A stretch of 64,000 nt of DNA from the human T2T-CHM13v2.0 reference genome, Homo sapiens: NCBI RefSeq assembly GCF_009914755.1, contig NC_060926.1; one strand, given 5' to 3'. The notes under the pieces are model-generated. The model was given only the letters and a program-made list of their open reading frames with translations, was not told the origin of the DNA and did not search any database. The translations under genes were made by a program, and so were the position numbers. Shown piece after piece: positions 39,482-53,757 of this stretch. Each line of letters opens with the position of its first letter. Position 1 is the stretch's first letter.

Positions 39482-40872
39482 TATATATATGGTATATTTA
39501 CTGATTCAGTGTTTGAAATTTTGATTGAATGTGGTTTGGTGATTTATAGCAAGAAAGAGAAGATGACATCAAAAGTTTGGGTGTGAAATTGAAATTATCT
39601 AAATTTGAATGTTTTAAACCAATTTGTTTTTTTGTAAGCACTTTCTACTCTCAAGAAGAGAATTTTAATTTGGGAGTAATAAGAAAAAGTCATAGGCTAA
39701 GCTTTCTGTAAGAAATATGGACTTAAGAAAAAGCTTTGAAAATGTAGCCTAATAGCACGGCCCCAGTGGGAAACTCTTTTTCAGTAAAAGATTCATTTTT
39801 AATCTTTTGCAGTGTATCTCTATAGATACACAGCACACACACAAACATATATATATATATATATACATGTGTATAAGTAAAATATAACATTTATTAAAAA
39901 CTTGGGAATTTTGTATTAAAGGCTTCTTGAGTTTGAAAGGGTGGTCAGAAAAATAAAACAATAAAAATGATTGTTAACTTTATTTTAAAAAATATGTTTC
40001 TCTTTTACTCTGAACTGGTAGATTAAATTATTGGAGAATGCAAAAATGGGGAATTTGGGGCTTGGCATATTTAATTCCATGGAAGAGTTTGGATTTCCTC
40101 ATTAAAACTACACAGCTAATGTTTGATGTAAGTATGAGATTTCAATTGAAATGTGATCCAATTGGGTGAAAAAAAATACCTTTATGAAATGGTCCTATCA
40201 GGAACCAATCTGAAGATTATATAAATTTTGCAAAAGACACCAGTTGACTTATTAGGTGTGGCTTAAACATGTAATATTTTACATATTTTCCAGTCATCTT
40301 TAAAAATGTAATTGTAATTTATTTTGATAAACTATGGCTGTCTTTTATAACATCTCTAGTTATCTGTGGAAAGTTAGAATTCTTATAGTTTTATTTCAGC
40401 AGTGATATGTATTTTTCCAAAAGCTTATGTGCATATGGAATTCTCTATTATGTTTACCTGTCATTAAAGTGAGGATATTAATGATACATATAAAGTCAAA
40501 GGAGGATTTTTGTCTAAACCTCAAGTATATTCTGTATTTACATAGACTGTTCTTTGAAAATTATATAGATATGTAAGGTACCAGGAAACATCCTGATCCT
40601 TCTACGGGAAAATTAAATACAAGTTCGGAAAAAAATACTAATTGGGATAAATATTTGGTTTCTATACTATAAACCTTGGTGGGTGATAAAGCGATGCATC
40701 ATACTATAAAATTAAGAAGAGCTCATAGCACCCCAAAAAAGGAGAAAGTTAAATGAAAGTTTTAATTAATGAATTTAGTAAAGTCAAATTTATAAGACAG
40801 TAAAGAAGCAAAAATCATACATATGACATCATTAATTCGTTGCAGTAAAAAGAAATATTGGTGAAATGAAAC

Positions 40873-41895
40873 TGTTAGGTAGATAGGCAGACATAAGCAG
40901 GGCAGGAGAACCACCCACCATCTCCAGGAATGTCAATAGACCATCATGTGATAGTTGAGCAGTTGTTGAACTGTCTCTCTAAAACAATAATTGATCGCAG
41001 CCAGCTCCAGCAAATGACAGTCTCTCAATAGATAGAAAACACCTGAAGCTGGTGTTCAGCAGCTTCCCGATAACATCTCAGGAGTTGGGTGAGCCGATTC
41101 AAGCATGCACTAAGGGGCAAAATGGCAGAATTTAACTGTTATATGACCTTCCTGTAGGAATGCGCAACTGGTAAGGGAAAAATGCCTCAAGCAAGCATGT
41201 GCGCAACCTCAGGAAACACACTACGTATGCAGCCACTCCCATGTGCTGGCAGGTCACCAAGCATGTGGACAGCCTGCCCCCAGGAAGAATCAGGGGAGAA
41301 TAAATGCAAACCCCGGAACCATGCCAATGTATAAAACCCCAAGTCGGCCAGGCATGGTGACCCAGGCCTGTAATCCCAGAACTCTGGGAGGCCGAGGTGG
41401 GTGGATCTCCTGAGGTCAGTAGTTCAAGACCAGCCTGGCCAACATGGTGAAACACTGTCTCTGCTAAAAATACAAAAACTATCTGGGCATGGTGGCGGGC
41501 AACTGCAATCTCAGCTACTCGGGAGGATGAGGCAGGAGAATCGCTTGAACACGGCAGGCGGAGGTTGAACTGAGCCAAGATTGTGCCATTGCACTCCAGC
41601 CTGGGCGACAAGAGTGAAACTCTGTCTCAAAAACAAACAAACAAACAAAAACCCAGTTAAGGGCATAACAGGGCACTTGAATCTCTCAAGTAGCCCTCCT
41701 GGCCCTCTTCCAAGTGTATTTTACTTTCTTTTGTTCCTGCTCCAAAACTTTTTAATAAGCTTTCACTCCTGCTCTAAAACTTGCCTTGGTCTAACTCTCT
41801 GCCTTAAACTTACTTCTGCCATTTGGTCAAATTCTTTTCCCGGAGGAGGTAAGGATGAATTGCTGCGGACTCATATGGATATGCTGCTGTTAACA
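40873..41895 (+). mobile_element. ERV1 solo LTR (MER50-like) interrupted by an Alu
   Basis: TGTTAGGTAGATAGGCAGACATAAGCAGGGCAGGAG ... GCTGCTGTTAACA; TSD-like AAAC / AGAC. Confidence 0.88.
41346..41648 (+). mobile_element. AluS with (CAAA)n tail
   Basis: Full dimer; degenerate TSD AAAACCCCAAGTC / AAAAACCCAGTT. Confidence 0.96.
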
Positions 41896-42259
41896 AGACA
41901 ATTTTAGAGAACTTTGAAACTGAGATCTTTGAGCTTTTCCATAGACCCAGGGTAGAGCAGACCCTTCTGTTGACCAGTGATTGAAAACCACCACATTCCA
42001 AAAACAGAACTATCATAGTGCTGTAGGAATGCCTATGCTCTCAAATTAAAAGCCAACTGAAATCAAAATAATGCATTATACGAGAAAGCTGTCTATAGAA
42101 TCATGCAGTTTGTGTTCAACCCCTAAATAGAATGCAGCTGTGGGCAGGGCTTCTAATAAACGTTGTTTCAACACTCCTTGACACTTGATTTCAGCTGTAG
42201 CTAGCCTAGCTGTGGCCAGCAGCTTGACTTTGTGCTCAGTGTCTCACTGCATGTTCTTT

Positions 42260-42620
42260 TTGGTTTCCAGCATCTTGGAAGCTGCTAGAGCCTGTTGGCT
42301 CATGGAAGGCCTGCAGCCTGGAAATGCAGAGTAGTGAATAACCTTTGGGCAGCCTGTCCTCAACCAAGAGAGACTGACAGTTGGTGGATAGTCCCTTGCC
42401 TTTCATTTGTAGGCAGACAATTCTTGCAAGCTTCTCTGGAGAATTCAATAACATTCCCAAAAGCAGTGACCTCCATAGCAGACTCTAATATTGCCTTCCT
42501 TTCTTCTCTCATTTTGCATGCTTTCTCACTTCTGTTTCTTCGGATTAGCTCCCAAATGACCTGCCTACACCCAAGTCTGTGTCTCAGGCTCTGCTTTCAA
42601 GGGAACCCAGACCAAGAGAC
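42260..42620 (+). mobile_element. LTR16-family ERVL LTR
   Basis: 3' end TGTCTCAGGCTCTGCTTTCAAGGGAACCCAGACCAAGAGA. Confidence 0.6.
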
Positions 42621-43982
42621 ACAGTCCTTTGATTGCACCTCTTTTCAGCAATTCCATAAAAGTGATAGGTTAAGAACTGAGTTAGCCTTGGGTTTTGGCT
42701 GGTAGTTAATCTGCCTCTTTTCAACCTGCATGAAAATTGTTTTTAGAAAAAAGCAAAAAGATACCTCAAAAATCTCCAAAACTACTCATTTATTTCCTTT
42801 ACACTATTTATTTTTGTTCACAATTACTTGTCTATAGGTTTAGCATCTTATTTCATTGCTCATTTACAGATGGATCAGCATTACAGTGCTGAATAAATGT
42901 GATTAGTATAATGTCCTGCCCATCTTTATGTACTACACACAACTTCATTAAATGTTAAATAATAGGGGAATTGATGATCACAGCATTTATCTTCAGTGGA
43001 GGATTTGCATATGTATTTAAAGTATTTAGTGAAATTTGTTGGTGGTTCTAGATGGGTTAGGAGAAAATTATTATTTTTTCAATTAAAAATAATGGAAGAT
43101 AAGCTGTAACTACCTGAAAATTTTTTATCCAACAATTTTTTTTTTATCTATCTTTAGGAACAGATTAAATAAGAGGGATTCATGTGGTGTTCACTACCTT
43201 ATTGTTGGAAGCACCCAATATTTACCCAAAAGATTCTAATAACAATATTTTAGCTGCAGTGACTTAGATAAATCAACAACACACATATATGGTTAAATAT
43301 TTTGTGTTCCTTCAAAAATTTTTACCAGGCCTTAAATAAAGGAGAAAATGGCAAATGATAAACCAACCCCATTACAGAGAAATTACATTGGGAGAAAAGT
43401 AAATGTCAGTTATATATTTTAAATGTATCTTACATATTCTATAATATATACCTAAATAATATACAATATATCATGTCATATTAAAATACAGTAGGATAAA
43501 CAAATAATTATATAATTTAAAATAATCATATTTCTTTCTCAGATTAGAGGGAAAATTTGCTTCGCTATTTTGCACATATTTAATAACAACAAAAGTGTAT
43601 GATCTCACTTGGTTAATTGTGATATGGAAATAAAATAGAAGTTTTTACCACTCTGTGTATATGTAGCTAATTTTAAATGTTTGGGATATATAAAATAGAA
43701 CTATAATATACATATGTATGTTCATGATTTTTGAATAAAGCAGAGAAACAGAGTTAGAGAAAGAGAGAGACATTTTTTTCTCCCTATACAATTTGAACGA
43801 AAATTGTTTATGTTTCCTTTGGCTTCATGATATTTGGGTAAGCATTTTTAAAAGATGTACTAATCATCCTGTAGAATCTAATTATGAAAATATTTTAAGT
43901 CAAGCTTAAGAAAATTACTACTCTTGGATGTTATTTCAGAACTCTTCATAATTTCAATTTTATTTGATTATAAAAATTTCAT

Positions 43983-44384
<402 letters not shown>

Positions 44385-44784
44385 TCAGTCTTCTAATCTC
44401 TGCAACACGAATCCATTTTTAAAAATGTTTGATCAAATATTCAGATAGTATGCTAATGTGCATGTTTAAAAATACTCTATATTGGGCATTTAGGGGGAAA
44501 ACATTAAAGGGACTTTTTTCCTTTTTTTTTTTTAATAAAATCAATTTCTATTTGATTTTGAATTGCCCTTAACATGTTTCAGAAAGAAGATGCAAAATTG
44601 AATGCTGCTCTGAGAGCATGTTGTGCCCCTGAGCCAGCACTGCTTCGCAGCCAGGGATTCTGACCCTGCTGGAAACCCTACGGCAGAGCAGTGATGGCAA
44701 GAACTGAGAGGATATCAAAACCTCAAACGAGCTACACTCCTGTGGATTTGGAAAGAAACAAGACACTTAAACATTCCTGCTATG

Positions 44785-44798
44785 GTTTCCTTAGCAAC
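44785..44798. promoter_or_regulatory. RFX X-box motif
   Basis: GTTTCCTTAGCAAC fits the 14-bp X-box palindrome; motif only, binding not shown. Confidence 0.45.
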
Positions 44799-47700
44799 AT
44801 CCATAACAACAACTCTGTAATACTATGGGGTTCTGTTTTCTTAACCCTTCAGGATGTCAACTGAATGAAAACTTCCTTGAGGAAATATTTCAACTTACTA
44901 GGTGGACTGGCATAAATTAAACTCAGTAGTGCACGATCTTCTAACCCCTTCCCTTAGCCTGGGTGAAGTGGCTAGGAGAGAAGTAGGGAGAGGGAGCAAC
45001 ATACAAGTTCTACCTTGACTGCCATGAGAGTTTACTTCATAAAAGAGTTGGGTTGGTACTGTTTAGAGGTGACTTGTATGGAAAAATGAAAATATACTCC
45101 AAGGCAGTGTGAAGTTAAATTACCCTTGGAAGTCCCCATCAAATATATTTAGTAAAGGAGAAAATCCAAAGCCCAAAGAGTTTTCTATAACCACATTGTC
45201 TGAAATGACAGAAAACAGCAAACAGCCCTTAAATCATGTGTATTCAGAATAAACGAAGGGTTTAGGAATATTTTATTGAGCCAATTTTATGTAACGTATC
45301 TCAAAGGTAATAATTCAGAGCAATCATTTAATATTAAATTGGTTGAGAAAATTATACACTTAGGAAAGGTTGGGATGGGAACAAATATATAGCAATATGC
45401 CAGTCATTCAAACGTTTAAGGTGTGTAATATGAAATTATTTTTATTCAAGAATTTAATTATTTGGCATGTAGTAAATAATTTTATTATAATAACTCATAA
45501 TAGTAATATAATAATTGCAAGAATAATAGAAGATGAGAAAGAAGAGAATAATATATCCTACTAATAAAAAAGTTGAAAATTATCAGTGATATATTTCTGA
45601 AGTTATTATAATTCAGGAATATTGTGGAGCTGAAGCAAATTAATGAAGATACTACTCAAAAGTATAATTGTTTATTTCTTTATCCCAGGCTAATATTCTT
45701 TACCTATTGTTATATAATCAGTTTATTTAAATGTCTGTTTAATAAATTAAAATTTAAAAGCCTTCTTATCTATATAGAATAGCTGATATTTGACAATCAA
45801 CAAAATCAAAGAAAAGTAATAATCAATGTTTATAGGTGAATAATTCCAATTGAGAAAATTCTCACAGGTATTATATCACTAACACTTGAGTGTTTTGAAT
45901 TAGTAGGAATTTGTTTTCTTTCTTTCTCATCCTCTTCCTATTATTATTCTTACAGTTGTTATTATTATATTAGTTTTAATTCTTTAATGATAGACATAAA
46001 ATCAAAATATGTAAATACTCGACATGAACTGTAATCTTTAACTTCCTCTTTTATACGTTTAAGTCAAGTCAGGCTTGTGACCTGCAAGAAGGCAGTTTTT
46101 GTTTAAGACAAAAAAGATGTCAGAATATCCTCTTGTCCTTTCACACATATGGCTCTCACTACGTCATCCAGTAAGACCCAACACATTTTCATTAATGTCA
46201 TACTCAGGATGCAGAAATAATAAGGTTGCTACGTTGAGAAAAGGAAGGCAGGAGGGGAACATGTTGGGAGGAAGACGTTGCCTACTTTTTATTGGAAAGC
46301 TATTAATGGAGTCCAAATGATTTATCAATTTGATGCAAGCAACACATTCATTGGTTCCTTGAATTGCTTAGGAAAATGGGAAAATCATCCAGTTTCTGAA
46401 CATTTCTGATCATTTTAGTCTAAGAAGGGATCATAGTTTCCATTTAAGGCCTGTTTCCTACCTTTTAGACCCCAAGCTATCTCCTGTATATCTGCTTTTT
46501 TTCTTCTACTCGATATGAGAATTAGAGGCCAAAAAAACAATTTGAAAGAGAAAAATAAGTAAGAAGTAATAATGAATTACATTAGTGCAATCAATCTTTT
46601 AATGAAAATCAAGTTTTATCAGAAAAGTAACAGTACACCCTTCAATACATCATGGAGATAACCATGTTGAACTTGGATGAGAGAAATCTGGATTCATCAC
46701 AATTTTTTCTTCTGGGTCTTCAAAAAGGATGCATACCCTATGAAACTTCAGAATATGCAACAAGATCTTTAGATAATGCAAGCATGGTGTTTTATCCAAA
46801 TGATTAGCGGTGTCCCTAAATCCCACAAAAGAGGAAAGAGACGGTAACATACAGTCAAAGAATTAGGATGATGACCCTAACACCACAACTCTAAGCGAGG
46901 ATCACCCATCGGCAAACAAGAAACCCTCCACAGATTACAGCCCCGCCCTGGGAAATGACTAAGCACCTAACCATGCTTATTGTGTGGTTATTATTGTTAT
47001 CTACTTGTTATTATTATATTTCTTATTTCTCATGAGCCATGCAAACATATTCACTTGTTTTCAGACCTTGTCCCATCTCTGTTGAAGATCTATCTGATTC
47101 CTGATAGAATCCTGCTTTTCAATCCACCAACATCTTTCATTACTTGCTAGGACAGGTATTGCCTTCATCCTAACACAGTTGTCAGTAAACATAAACTCCT
47201 GGGCCTACCCACATAGGCTTTGTCTCACAATCCCAGCCCTCACACATGAAGGCTACAGCAAAGGCCAGGGTCTCCAGGCTGTTGATCAGTTTATAAAGAA
47301 ATCTGCAACATATGAAGGATAAATGCAATATGATGGTGAAAAAATATGGTGGAAGATGGGCTGATGTGAGGCAAAGCTCAGCAGATTACAAGGGTAATAA
47401 TCAACAAATAAGCATATTATTGTCTCCAAGGGAAGTTAAAACATGTATCAACAACTCTGAACCTAGAACCATAAGAATAAAAGAAAAGCAATGGATGGGG
47501 TAAAGTGAGTAGAAGAGAAAGGTCATCAAAAATGCCGTGGTGAAGATGGCCCTACACAGATAGCCTTAGAAAGCAATTCTTACAAGAGCTAATACAAAAC
47601 AAAAGAAGAAGGAGAAGATTAACATGAGTGAATGTATAACTACCGTCAGAAAAAAGGATGAAACACACTGAGCCTTTTAAGTAGTTGAGACTTCAATTAT

Positions 47701-47799
47701 TCTTAGTATTAGTTATATAGATCTCCCAATACGAAGCCTCTTCCGATAGAAAAGTTTATTACTTTTGTCTTAATCTAAAAAATACAGTCAAAAGAATGA

Positions 47800-48200
47800 G
47801 CACACATCTTCAGTCTTTACCCTTTGCTCATCTTCCTGGTCACAGCCAGCCAGAGTCATCTTCTAAAAACACAGTTCTGATTATGTCCTTTTTCTGTTTA
47901 AAATCCTCTTTCATTTTCTATTGTTAAAATTAGGTCATACCCCTATTCCTGGAATGCAGAGTTCTCTGATATTTGGCCTATAACTCTTTCTGACATTTAT
48001 TTTTTCTTCTAATTCTACTTTCCACGTTTTCTACACTAGCCAAGTCAAACTGCCAATCATTTCTTGTGCATGCACTTCTGCAAGTTCCCCAGCCTTCACA
48101 GTTTTCCCATACAATTTCCTATTTGGTCTCAGTATCATTTATGGCATGTTTCAAATGCTACTTCTTCCATGAAGAAAAGTCCAAGTAATTCCTGGCTTTT
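47800..48200 (+). mobile_element. L2 fragment
   Basis: CACAGCCAGCCAGAGTCATCTTCTAAAAACACAGTTCTGATTATGTC; TCAAATGCTACTTCTTCCATGAAG. Confidence 0.6.
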
Positions 48201-48517
48201 CCTAATGCTCACATAATTTTATATGGATGTTATGAATTTTTCTTCTTCCTCTTTTGTATTAATTATAGGTGAATGTAGATGAGTGGATGGATGGGTAAAT
48301 TCACACATCCAAAGATATTCTCCACTACTATGCTAAACGAGAGCCAGAGACTATCTGAGATGCATAAAGACATTAAAAGTGCCTGCTCTGAAGCTAGAGA
48401 AAACTGAGTTTGAAGCCAAGGTCTGTTAGTTTGTAGCTGACACCTTGAGTTAGTTATCTACCCTCTTTAAACTTAGGTTAACTTATCTGTTTAAATAAAA
48501 AAAGAAGTGATGATGTG

Positions 48518-48610
48518 TAGAAGGAGGGAGAGAAGGAGGAAGATAAGGAAGAGGAAGAAGAGGAAGGAGAAAAAACAGAGGATAAACAAGAAGAGGAGGA
48601 GGAAGAAAAA
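48518..48610 (+). repeat. GA-rich low-complexity purine tract
   Basis: Direct reading. Confidence 0.85.
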
Positions 48611-50586
48611 CAAACAATGGATGAAGGATGATAATTATGTATTTGGCATAGTTTTTGGAAAATAAAATATATTCACTCAATATTAGTAATTAAAGTTATC
48701 AATTATCATTAATATATAACTAGTCTTTTCAGTTTTACTTTTGCACACTTCATGATGCTTAGCATGTAAAATGCACTCAATCGATATTGGCTAAATGAGG
48801 GCATGCCTGTTTTATATTTCACTATGAGAAGTCGATAGGGCAAGAACATACCAAGAATAAAAGGACCTCTGGGTAAGAACATCAGAAATGAAAGTTGAAA
48901 ATGAAAGGATGTGGTAAAGAAGGTGGCAGAGTGGATAGCAAAGGCCAGTGACACAAAGTCGATCATACTTGAAAAACGATGCATAGTGCAGTATCTGTAA
49001 AATACAAATCAATAGATCAGAGCAGGTGTTTGTAATATTTGGTTCATGAATGGGCCTCATAGGCCTGTGAACTCCTGAAATTGTATGCAGCATCTGGAAA
49101 TGAGCAAGAAACCATGGCTTTTTATCAGACTCTCAAAAGAATTGATGACTCCACAAATATTAAGCAACTCATTTTAGAGATGGAGCACATAAGTAAGGTC
49201 AATTAGAGACCACAGAAAATAAGGTAACGTAACTTGTGCTTCACGTAGGGATGCTGTTTGGATATTCAGCATAAACTTCATGGATAATATAAAGCTCCTA
49301 AACAGAAAACAAAGGGAGCCATGGTGTTAAGGCTGAAAAACACCCACCTTTTACCTCCCCCTGGGAGAGGAAATGTTAAGTCTTGAAGCATGGAAAGTCG
49401 TCAGGAGATAACTCACCAAAAGGGTGAAGCTCATTGGAAACAGAAGAGAGAAGCAAAAGAGAACTAAAAAGAACAAAAATGAAAACTTGTCAAAAACAAA
49501 AACTGTTTTTGAGATACTAGCATGCAGTTGATAGAGGATAGAAACTGGAATCAATTTAAAAAAGAAATGCTGGAAACTTTTACATATAAACAAAACAAAG
49601 CAAACAAAAGACAAATAAAACACCTTGTTGGGATAAATCAAAGCATTGTTCCTTAAAATGACCATGTAGTACGAACTTGTAACATGTTACTTACAGTTTA
49701 CTTATTTTACTTGTTTGCTTGGGATGGGTTTCAGTGGAAGACACATTACCTTCAACTGCCCTTTCATATTAATCACTATCCACTGGAGCTTTTATTTTTT
49801 TTTAAATACTTCTATAGAGATTAAATTGCATCAATTTCTTAAAAGTCTTTAGAAAACCAGAGTATCAAAGCCACTATGGACTTGCACAATATTAGTGATA
49901 TTGATTTATACTGTACATTTTCCAAAGAACGAATCTATCTCACTCAGGAACCAATTGAGAGAAAATAGAACCTTGCAATTTATCTTAATATCTAACAATC
50001 CTATATTAGCTCTCTGTCCATAAAAATATATTATTTTTAGCATTTCAGTTATTTTTGCATCTCAAATTATTTCCCTCTTAAGGTAATACATGAACACATA
50101 CACTTGTAGAATCCAAATTCAATCTCAGTTTACACACTGCGCTTAGAGTCTGAATCAAAGAGATTTAATTAAATTGCAAGAAAAAATTCAGTATTTTTAT
50201 CTTCTTTGAAACACTGATTAGTATATTTTAAATTGGAATTGCAATTAATATGACTCTTAGATGTGTAGAGGAAAGAAGAGAAAAAATGCTTTATATAAAT
50301 TAAGAGAATCTGTTTAAAATAAAGTAATTGTTACCATGCAGAAGGTGGTTTTAAATAATAGGCAGATGCACAAACTTTATTTTTACTGTAAAAGACAAAG
50401 TCAATTATAAAACGCTGGTATAAATCCAAAGCCCTAAGGACTTGTTTGCTAATGTAATATTGGAATCCTAAAATAGAAAGAAAGTCCATTGGGAAACTTT
50501 ACTGCCAGAGACTTAGCCTCTGAAAATCAACTGATTGTAAGAGAACTTATGGTTCCAACTGAATAGAAGTAGTCAAAAACTGAGCC

Positions 50587-50742
50587 CAGGACCAGCTACA
50601 TAATTTGCAAGGCCCAGTGCAAGACGAAAATGCTGAGCCCTTGTTCACAAATTAAAAATTTCAAGATGATGACAGCAGAGCATTAAACTAAAGCCCAGTG
50701 CAGGGCCCTGCGTGAGACTACACATCCGTGACATGAGTCCTG
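50587..50742 (-). mobile_element. MER45A-like hAT-Tip100 MITE
   Basis: CAGGACCAGCTACATAATTTGCAAGGCCCAGTGCAAGACGAAAATG...AATTTCAAGATGATGACAGCAGAGCATTAAAC. Confidence 0.8.
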
Positions 50743-51899
50743 CCAAGGCCTTTCAAGCCCAGAGCTCTCTAGAATCAGATATCATGATTTATATGATACC
50801 TTAGGTGCCAATGGAAAATTTAAGTTTCCATTATAAAGACCTTAAGAATGATATTGATGAAAAGATTTAATAGCTGACTTATAACCATTTGTTTGTGTAT
50901 GTTATGGAAGAATCAAGTATCTACATCCTTGGTAGGCCTAAAGATGAAAAAGAAGGCATTAAGGAAATTTTTACAAGTTCTTGACCATGGCACATAATCT
51001 TTTTCACTACGACCTTTTCCAACTATGGACAGCAATTGCCTAGCAAGATGCAGGTCAATGCTAAAGTCAGTAGTTAGGAAGAGGGTACTCTGTAGAAGTA
51101 AGCCTTAAAAAGTGTTTGACAACAAGATGGTATAAAATATTAAGCCGTGGACATGAAGGTTTCATGGTAGGACTCCTAGAGGATTCTGAAACCAAGCAAA
51201 GTTAAAAAAAAAAAAAAAAAAGAAAGAAAGGAATGATTAAATCTGGGGAGAAAGCTAGCATTTGCTTGAGTTGTTAATTGGTAAGCATGAGAGTTAATAA
51301 CAAGTCATCGTCTTCCCTTGATTTTAGGGCCTTGTTTCAGAAGTACCGTGTGTTAAGTATTAATAGACAAGGGATCTCATTTCAACCCAAAATTTTATAG
51401 GCATATATTCATGGATATACACACATCCACATGCATATATGTTAACCTATGTGGCCACAGCCAAGGCAGTTACCATCTGTGGCAGTGTACATTTGTTGGA
51501 AGATGAGATTTTCAGTTAGAAATATTATAATTTTATCACATCACATCTACATTTACAAAAGTAAATATGATAATGAAAAAATCTTCTTGAATTAGAATGG
51601 ATTCAAATAACCCCCATAATTTCTAAAATTTAAGATATAAGCTTCTTTCATCCAAATAATCTGCTTTTGTTATACAGAATTATGTGGAATGGATTTGGCT
51701 GACTTACTTGGGTACATCTTCATTTTTTTCCCCAAAGTTTACAAATAAGAGTTAATAAGAAAAAAACTCTAATGTACTTACAGTGATTTTTAAAAATGTA
51801 CTCCACTCTTCTCATCCACAGCCTATATTTTCCTGATTTAGAATCTAAATTGGATTTGAGAAATAGTCATACTTATATGGAGAGAAGTAGTAATTTTAT

Positions 51900-52065
51900 A
51901 TTTATTCACTATAGTACACCAGGAACTATGCTTAACACTCTCCATCCATGGTATTTTTTTAATCTTCAAAATATTTCTGAGATGGGTAAAATTTCCATTT
52001 TACAAATAAGGAAACAGAGGTCCACAGATATTATAAAACCTGCCCAAAGTCTCACAGCTACTACA
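51900..52065 (-). mobile_element. MIR fragment
   Basis: CCATTTTACAAATAAGGAAACAGAGG...CCTGCCCAAAGTCTCACAGCTA. Confidence 0.75.
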
Positions 52066-52069
52066 TAAT

Positions 52070-52520
52070 TTAAGAAAAATATTTGGCTGTAAAAGAGACC
52101 AAAAAATACTTAAACAAATGAGGGTTGACATTTTTCTTTTGTAACAAGAAGTCTGGAAACAGGTATTTAAGACTTGGGAACATCAACTGGAAAGCCCTAT
52201 GATTCTTTTGGTTGTTAAATTATTGTTTCAAGATGGCTGCTCCAACCCTAGTGGCAAGTTAGTAGTCCAGGCTGGAAGGAGGCAGAAGGGAAGTGCCAAT
52301 GGCTGAATAGGCTCTTAAGCACTGTTTTTTCAGAAATCCAAGTCAACAAGTGCAAGGTGGATTTTATTCACCCATTATGCAAATAAGTCTAAGAAATGCA
52401 AGTTTGTTTGTTTGCATGTTTGTTTATTTTCTAAATGGGGCTTATTGCTGCCCCTTTCAAAATCAAATTTATTAGAAAGGAGAAAAGTAGCTACTGGGTA
52501 GAAAACCATCAGTCTGGCAA
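52070..52520 (-). mobile_element. old MaLR LTR (MLT1J-like)
   Basis: TAACAAGAAGTCTGGAA, CAAGATGGCTGCTCC, AGTCCAGGCTGGAAGG. Confidence 0.5.
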
Positions 52521-53708
52521 CTGCTTGATGCCCTTTCCTCTTGGAATTTTTCTACCTAGGAAGGATTCCCAGCCCAGAAGTGGTGATAAGGAAGCTTCCT
52601 TCTTCTTCAATCTTTACCATCTCTTCCATTTGGGAAAAGGAGATGGGAATCACATTTGTTCCCAGTGCTGTGGGTGCTTCCAAAGAAAAACAATGCCTTC
52701 TTTCTCTTCTCTCTCTTTTTTTATTTTTCTGCTCACAAAAGGAACAAGCTCATGAAACTGGATGTTAAATTGAACCAAGCCAACAATAGAAGGGATAAGG
52801 CAGGCATGCTTATAAGTAATTCAAAGTAGGTGACCGAGAGCAGTGAGAATATAAAATGTATATCTTCTATACGAAATACATAAGATGATCAAGGCAATGA
52901 TGATCAGAACAGATCTTTCCTTTTCAAAGAAATTATTGGGTAATTGGCAGAGTGCTGTGAGTCCATCTTCCAACCCAACTCTTTGCCCCTCATTACAAGA
53001 CATAAGCTTCAATATAGCCAGGAGTTTGGTGGTATATAGTGGACGTGTGCCTGACAAAAGCCGAAAGAGTCTAAAGGCAAGAATCTACAGCTATTAGTTG
53101 TAAACTGTAGGACAGAAAAAGAGTGCTCAGCTATGTTTGAGTTAGCTACAATTCTACAATAATTCAGGAGTTTTTCTTATTGTCTACAGATGGACCATGC
53201 AAGGACAGAGACACCTGACATTCTCTAAAAAGACCATCTTAAAGAATGATAGGACCAACAGTGAGACATGATGTAAAAGGACTGTCAGAAACCAGAGGCT
53301 AATGGGAGTCCAGAGGACGAGATAAAGTTGCAACACCTGTATCATAGAAAGCACAGTTGACTACTCCAGTGGAAATGCTGAGAAACTCAGGAAAGCTCCC
53401 ATGATAGGTGGAGACAGTTTTAAAAATCTGCCAAGACCTCAGAGCATGAAGCATGTTCACATTATCAGTTACATAAGAACCTTCTTTATCTCTTGTCCCT
53501 CCCCTTAACTCCTCCCCCACTGTTAATCTTGAAGCCATTCACAACAGCAGCCAAGGAGTGGTGAGGAGGTGAGCAATAAAGAGAGAAGGTGCTTAGCTTT
53601 TGGAAAAGGCAGGACTACAGGCTACCAGCTCAGGATAGGTGAAGTGAAAATCTTTCCCTTCAATAAATATTGGATTATAAATTAACATGTTATATTGAGC
53701 AATTGCAA

Positions 53709-53757
53709 TTAGGTTGGTGCAAAAATAATTGCATTTTTGCCATTAAAACTAATAGCA
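53709..53757 (+). mobile_element. partial MADE1 (Hsmar1 MITE)
   Basis: TTAGGTTGGTGCAAAAATAATTGCATTTTTGCCATT is one mariner TIR; the second TIR is absent. Confidence 0.85.

Noticed and set aside
41132-41907. 159-aa and 108-aa ORFs
   Set aside because: Alu and MER50 translations; the same applies to ORFs at 9588-9874, 13228-13506, 20708-21086 and 43924-44384
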